From Eledone cirrhosa (Eukaryota), in assembly GCA_964016885.1 (NCBI GenBank), contig OZ024752.1:49910001-49974000 (forward strand): DNA of 64,000 nt. The letters run 5' to 3'. Positions 58,481-64,000 of the stretch are shown one piece after another. A program made the translations under genes and the position numbers. Within the stretch, counting starts at the first letter, position 1. Every line of letters starts with the position of its first letter. Under the pieces are notes generated by a model that saw nothing but the letters and a program-made list of their open reading frames with translations, searched no databases and was not told the origin of the DNA.

Positions 58481-58847
58481 TATCATCATCATCATCATCA
58501 TCAACGTTTAACGTCCGTGTTCCACGCTTGCATGGGTTTGGATGGGGGTAGTCCCACTTGAGGCAAGAGTGATTGTCTTGCTCGCATAGGACTGTCTGGC
58601 AGGTTTTCTACAGTTGGATGCCCTTCCTAACACCAACCACATTTACAGTGTGGGTCTGGGAGGTTTTTACCGTGTTGCCTACACGGCCACATTACAGCGT
58701 GGACTGTGTGTTTTTTTGTCGTGACACCTACACGATCTCATTTGTTTCGGCCTCGATGGCGCGGCACCAACATAACTTTACATAGAACGGGGTGGTGTGG
58801 ATGGGGTGGGGGTGGGGGTGGTGGTGGTGGGACGGGGTGTATTTTGT

Positions 58848-58894
<47 letters not shown>

Positions 58895-58912
<18 letters not shown>

Positions 58913-61900
58913 GCGTATTCAAGTCCAAATAGCCATTCTATCGCTAAAACAAACTACATTTTCTGTTTCTATTAAGTGCTAAATACGTTTAGGTTTTTGG
59001 ACGTATTTAACTGAACAAATTTTGTATTTTTGTTAATCGCTTATTACCTTCTTGCTAGCTATTTTCAAACCTTAATTCCTAACGTATTTTCAAACCCCAA
59101 TCCCTAATTCTAACAAAAAAGCAAAATCCTTTCCTTCTTCCTTCTTCGAAGGCACGGGGCGGTCAAACGCCTAACACCCACAGCCATCATGTGGCCCCCT
59201 ACCCTCGCACTCTCTCTCTCTCTCTCCCTATAAATATATGATAGGAATTCACTTCGCCAAATTTCATTTCTTTGCCTGCTGTCCAAACGAAATTCATGTA
59301 AACGTAATGTACAGACTTCATCTCTCTCTCTCTCTCTCCTAGCGTATTCAAGTCCAAATAGCCATTCTATCGCTAAAACAAACTACATTTTCTGTTTCTA
59401 TTAAGTGCTAAATACGTTTAGGTTTTTGGACGTATTTAACTGAACAAATTTTGTATTTTTGTTAATCGCTTATTACCTTCTTGCTAGCTATTTTCAAACC
59501 TTAATTCCTAACGTATTTTCAAACCCCAATCCCTAATTCTAACAAAAAAGCAAAATCCTTTCCTTCTTCCTTCTTCGAAGGCACGGGGCGGTCAAACGCC
59601 TAACACCCACAGCCATCATGTGGCCCCCTACCCTCGCACTCTCTCTCTCTCTCTCCCTATAAATATATGATAGGAATTCACTTCGCCAAATTTCATTTCT
59701 TTGCCTGCTGTCCAAACGAAATTCATGTAAACGTAATGTACAGACTTCATCTCTCTCTCTCTCTCTCCTAGCGTATTCAAGTCCAAATAGCCATTCTATC
59801 GCTAAAACAAACTACATTTTCTGTTTCTATTAAGTGCTAAATACGTTTAGGTTTTTGGACGTATTTAACTGAACAAATTTTGTATTTTTGTTAATCGCTT
59901 ATTACCTTCTTGCTAGCTATTTTCAAACCTTAATTCCTAACGTATTTTCAAACCCCAATCCCTAATTCTAACAAAAAAGCAAAATCCTTTCCTTCTTCCT
60001 TCTTCGAAGGCACGGGGCGGTCAAACGCCTAACACCCACAGCCATCATGTGGCCCCCTACCCTCGCACTCTCTCTCTCTCTCTCCCTATAAATATATGAT
60101 AGGAATTCACTTCGCCAAATTTCTCCTAGCGTATTCAAGTCCAAATAGCCATTCTATCGCTAAAACAAACTACATTTTCTGTTTCTATTAAGTGCTAAAT
60201 ACGTTTAGGTTTTTGGACGTATTTAACTGAACAAATTTTGTATTTTTGTTAATCGCTTATTACCTTCTTGCTAGCTATTTTCAAACCTTAATTCCTAACG
60301 TATTTTCAAACCCCAATCCCTAATTCTAACAAAAAAGCAAAATCCTTTCCTTCTTCCTTCTTCGAAGGCACGGGGCGGTCAAACGCCTAACACCCACAGC
60401 CATCATGTGGCCCCCTACCCTCGCACTCTCTCTCTCTCTCTCCCTATAAATATATGATAGGAATTCACTTCGCCAAATTTCATTTCTTTGCCTGCTGTCC
60501 AAACGAAATTCATGTAAACGTAATGTACAGACTTCATCTCTCTCTCTCTCTCTCCTAGCGTATTCAAGTCCAAATAGCCATTCTATCGCTAAAACAAACT
60601 ACATTTTCTGTTTCTATTAAGTGCTAAATACGTTTAGGTTTTTGGACGTATTTAACTGAACAAATTTTGTATTTTTGTTAATCGCTTATTACCTTCTTGC
60701 TAGCTATTTTCAAACCTTAATTCCTAACGTATTTTCAAACCCCAATCCCTAATTCTAACAAAAAAGCAAAATCCTTTCCTTCTTCCTTCTTCGAAGGCAC
60801 GGGGCGGTCAAACGCCTAACACCCACAGCCATCATGTGGCCCCCTACCCTCGCACTCTCTCTCTCTCTCTCCCTATAAATATATGATAGGAATTCACTTC
60901 GCCAAATTTCATTTCTTTGCCTGCTGTCCAAACGAAATTCATGTAAACGTAATGTACAGACTTCATCTCTCTCTCTCTCTCTCCTAGCGTATTCAAGTCC
61001 AAATAGCCATTCTATCGCTAAAACAAACTACATTTTCTGTTTCTATTAAGTGCTAAATACGTTTAGGTTTTTGGACGTATTTAACTGAACAAATTTTGTA
61101 TTTTTGTTAATCGCTTATTACCTTCTTGCTAGCTATTTTCAAACCTTAATTCCTAACGTATTTTCAAACCCCAATCCCTAATTCTAACAAAAAAGCAAAA
61201 TCCTTTCCTTCTTCCTTCTTCGAAGGCACGGGGCGGTCAAACGCCTAACACCCACAGCCATCATGTGGCCCCCTACCCTCGCACTCTCTCTCTCTCTCTC
61301 CCTATAAATATATGATAGGAATTCACTTCGCCAAATTTCATTTCTTTGCCTGCTGTCCAAACGAAATTCATGTAAACGTAATGTACAGACTTCATCTCTC
61401 TCTCTCTCTCTCCTAGCGTATTCAAGTCCAAATAGCCATTCTATCGCTAAAACAAACTACATTTTCTGTTTCTATTAAGTGCTAAATACGTTTAGGTTTT
61501 TGGACGTATTTAACTGAACAAATTTTGTATTTTTGTTAATCGCTTATTACCTTCTTGCTAGCTATTTTCAAACCTTAATTCCTAACGTATTTTCAAACCC
61601 CAATCCCTAATTCTAACAAAAAAGCAAAATCCTTTCCTTCTTCCTTCTTCGAAGGCACGGGGCGGTCAAACGCCTAACACCCACAGCCATCATGTGGCCC
61701 CCTACCCTCGCACTCTCTCTCTCTCTCTCCCTATAAATATATGATAGGAATTCACTTCGCCAAATTTCATTTCTTTGCCTGCTGTCCAAACGAAATTCAT
61801 GTAAACGTAATGTACAGACTTCATCTCTCTCTCTCTCTCTCCTAGCGTATTCAAGTCCAAATAGCCATTCTATCGCTAAAACAAACTACATTTTCTGTTT

Positions 61901-61974
61901 CTATTAAGTGCTAAATACGTTTAGGTTTTTGGACGTATTTAACTGAACAAATTTTGTATTTTTGTTAATCGCTT
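58895..61974 (+). repeat. Tandem array of 429-bp monomers (7 units plus a partial; third unit 358 bp) at the 5' end of an RTE LINE
   Basis: TAGCGTATTCAAG at 58911, 59340, 59769, 60127, 60556, 60985, 61414 and 61843; units look identical by eye apart from the deletion. Confidence 0.97.
59156..59260 (+). promoter_or_regulatory. Putative Pol II promoter motifs in each monomer (GC box, CT tract, TATA box, Inr-like)
   Basis: GGGGCGG at 59156, (CT)n, TATAAATA at 59229 and TCACTT about 20 nt downstream; repeated in every full unit. Confidence 0.45.
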
Positions 61975-62078
61975 GTTAAATGCATAGACCCCTCTCAATC
62001 ATTACCTTCTTGCTAGCTACCCAACCTTCTTGCTAGCTACCCAACACCCCTCCCTCCCACCCCCACACACCACCATTG

Positions 62079-62156
62079 CTATTACGTGGACCAATCATAA
62101 AACAGAGCCCCCACGTATCACCAGTATTATTACGCGGACCAATCAGAAACCAGAGG
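62079..62156 (+). promoter_or_regulatory. Duplicated CCAAT-box motif in the LINE 5' UTR
   Basis: TATTACG(T/C)GGACCAATCA occurs twice, 48 bp apart (CCAAT at 62091 and 62139). Confidence 0.45.
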
Positions 62157-62209
62157 CCTATACTATCGCTTGCCTGGTTGCCTTTCGATATACGATATAT
62201 GATGGATGG

Positions 62210-64000
62210 ATGGACTGCGGAATCCTGGAGAGTGGAGGTGAGAGAGAAAAATCTGGACGCTCAGCGACAATGCCAAAGATAAAGACAAATTCACCCCTTG
62301 GACGAGAATGCGAGCACTCCTCATTGTTTCGACCGCGGACGGCTAACATAACCCCATCGCCCCCCGCCCCTCACCGCCCCCAACCCCCAAACGCAATCCA
62401 AAACTTCAGAGTTGGTACCATAAATGTAGGCACCCTAAAGGGTCGCGCTAACGAGGTTGTAGAAATGCTTGAACGTAAGGAGGTCGATGTTTGTTGTATT
62501 CAAGAGACCAGGTGGAGGGGTGGGTCTGCTAGGTTCATTGAGGGTAAAAAACGTTGTTATAAGCTTTTCTGGGTGGGAAACGACGATGGGCTGGGTGGAG
62601 TAGGAATCATGGTAGCAGAAAAGTGGGCAGATAAGATAATAGACGTAAATAGAGTGAACGACAGAATAATTAAAATACGACTTGTCCTCAATAGAACTAC
62701 GGTGACAGTAATATCTGCGTACGCACCCCAATCCGGACTGCCCGGCACTATAAAAGACAGATTCTATGAGACACTGATGCTCACTACCTCCCAAATATCT
62801 GACAGTGACTATATAATTATTGCAGGCGACCTAAATGGTCACGTTGGGCAACATTGTGACGGCTACGACGAAATCCATGGAGGCTATGGGTTTGGTACTA
62901 GAAATGAGGAAGGCTCCAGAATCCTGGAATTCTGTGATGCAAATAACCTAACTATCTGTAACACTAACTTCAAAAAACGTGACAATCACCTGATCACCTA
63001 TAGATCCGGGGAACACACAAGCCAGGTAGATTATATCCTTACCAGAAGACGTGACAGAGTGTCTGTTGTTAACACTAAATCCCTCCCCCATGAAGAATGC
63101 ACCTCCCAACATAGACTGATAATTAGCGACCTCATAGTCAGGACGAGACGTACTCGACAACAGAAGAGGACTATCCTCAGGAGGAAAATATGGAAGCTAA
63201 AGGACCCCACAGCCAGGAATAAATTTCAAAGCATATTACTTGATGCTTTCGACAGTAAGGAAGAACATTTAGAGTCGGACAATATAGAGGGAGAGTGGGA
63301 ATTTCTGAAAGCAAACCTGCTGTTGGCGACAGACGAGGTCTGTGGCTGGAGCAGGCCTGTAGGCAGGAGGAGAGTAACATGGTGGTGGAACAGTAAGGTG
63401 GAGGGGTCAATTAAGGCCAAAAAGCAGGCTTGGAAAGTATGGCGGGATGGGGGAAGTAGAGAGGACTATCAAGTGGCCAGGAGGGAAGCTAGGAGACAAG
63501 TGTACTTAGCAAGAAGGGAAGCTGAGGAAAGAAAGTTCAAGCATGTTCTACAACGCGATGACCAAAAACGTGAGGTGTTCAGGATTGCTAGGCAATGCGT
63601 CAAGGAAAACCGTGATATTGTCGGGGAGAAGTGTGTACTAAACGACGATGGCACACTTGCCATCACCGACGCTGATAAGAAGGTAGCTTGGAAGTGTCAC
63701 TATGAAAGGCTTCTAAATGAGGAGAATAATTGGGAGAAAGGCAGTCTCCCCCATATCGACCCAATAGAGGGACCAGCAGTGTTAGTCGAGGGGAGTATAA
63801 TAAGTAAGGCAATCAAGGATATGAAGACTGGTAAGGCGGCTGGGCCTTCGGAAATAGTTGCTGAGATGCTGAAGGCATCTGGCACGGTGGGACACACCAT
63901 GGTCACCCGCATAGTTAACCAAGTCGTACAGAACGGGGTTGTTCCGAAGGACTGGCATAGCAGCATCATCGTTAACTGTTATAAGGGTAAAGGAGACCCC
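62210..64000 (+). CDS. RTE-clade LINE ORF: AP-like endonuclease + linker + start of RT (open to window end)
   Basis: In-frame ATGs at 62210 and 62270; RVGTINVGTL, CCIQETRW, GVGI, SAYAPQ, GDLNGHVG, GFGTRNEEG, VDYIL, QHRLI, WWN, MKTGKAAGPSEI.AEMLK, VPKDW..SII..YKGKGD; no stop seen. Confidence 0.95.
   Translation, partial: MDCGILESGGEREKSGRSATMPKIKTNSPLGRECEHSSLFRPRTANITPSPPAPHRPQPPNAIQNFRVGTINVGTLKGRANEVVEMLERKEVDVCCIQETRWRGGSARFIEGKKRCYKLFWVGNDDGLGGVGIMVAEKWADKIIDVNRVNDRIIKIRLVLNRTTVTVISAYAPQSGLPGTIKDRFYETLMLTTSQISDSDYIIIAGDLNGHVGQHCDGYDEIHGGYGFGTRNEEGSRILEFCDANNLTICNTNFKKRDNHLITYRSGEHTSQVDYILTRRRDRVSVVNTKSLPHEECTSQHRLIISDLIVRTRRTRQQKRTILRRKIWKLKDPTARNKFQSILLDAFDSKEEHLESDNIEGEWEFLKANLLLATDEVCGWSRPVGRRRVTWWWNSKVEGSIKAKKQAWKVWRDGGSREDYQVARREARRQVYLARREAEERKFKHVLQRDDQKREVFRIARQCVKENRDIVGEKCVLNDDGTLAITDADKKVAWKCHYERLLNEENNWEKGSLPHIDPIEGPAVLVEGSIISKAIKDMKTGKAAGPSEIVAEMLKASGTVGHTMVTRIVNQVVQNGVVPKDWHSSIIVNCYKGKGDP

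Noticed and set aside
59150-59210. Twister- or HDV-like ribozyme in the 429-bp monomer (GGGGCG gtcaaa CGCC-TAACAC; CCACA/TGTGG hairpin; CCTCGC)
   Set aside because: Resembles twister P1/UAAC, but the GAG catalytic strand and the UCCCAAGC-type loop are absent, and no HDV double pseudoknot could be built by eye; an Infernal scan would settle it.
62435-63969. Minus-strand ORFs
   Set aside because: Antisense shadows of the plus-strand RTE ORF.

Overview
Repeat-dominated, AT-rich eukaryotic non-genic DNA; the SINE families and microsatellite load suggest an octopus/cephalopod genome (inference). No host gene is supportable, and nearly all listed ORFs are satellite or microsatellite artefacts. Main content: (1) an 11 kb 31-bp satellite that continues directly out of a tRNA-derived SINE, plus 41-, 47-, 50-, 70-, 116- and ~141-bp tandem repeats, several seeded by SINEs or MITEs; (2) a 5'-truncated Penelope-like retroelement (RT + GIY-YIG, Naiad-like) with a 613-bp inverted pseudo-LTR and hammerhead ribozyme, inside a (TA)n nest of other hammerhead-bearing pLTR-like pieces; (3) small fold-back hairpin insertions that turn around inside a hammerhead and share a 3' tail stem-loop; (4) an apparently intact young RTE LINE, missing from the ORF track because it runs off the window, preceded by ~7.3 near-identical 429-bp promoter-like monomers; (5) fragments of RTE, R4/Dong-like and CRE-like LINEs, many SINEs, and piggyBac- and hAT-type MITEs. 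All alignments and folds were done by eye.
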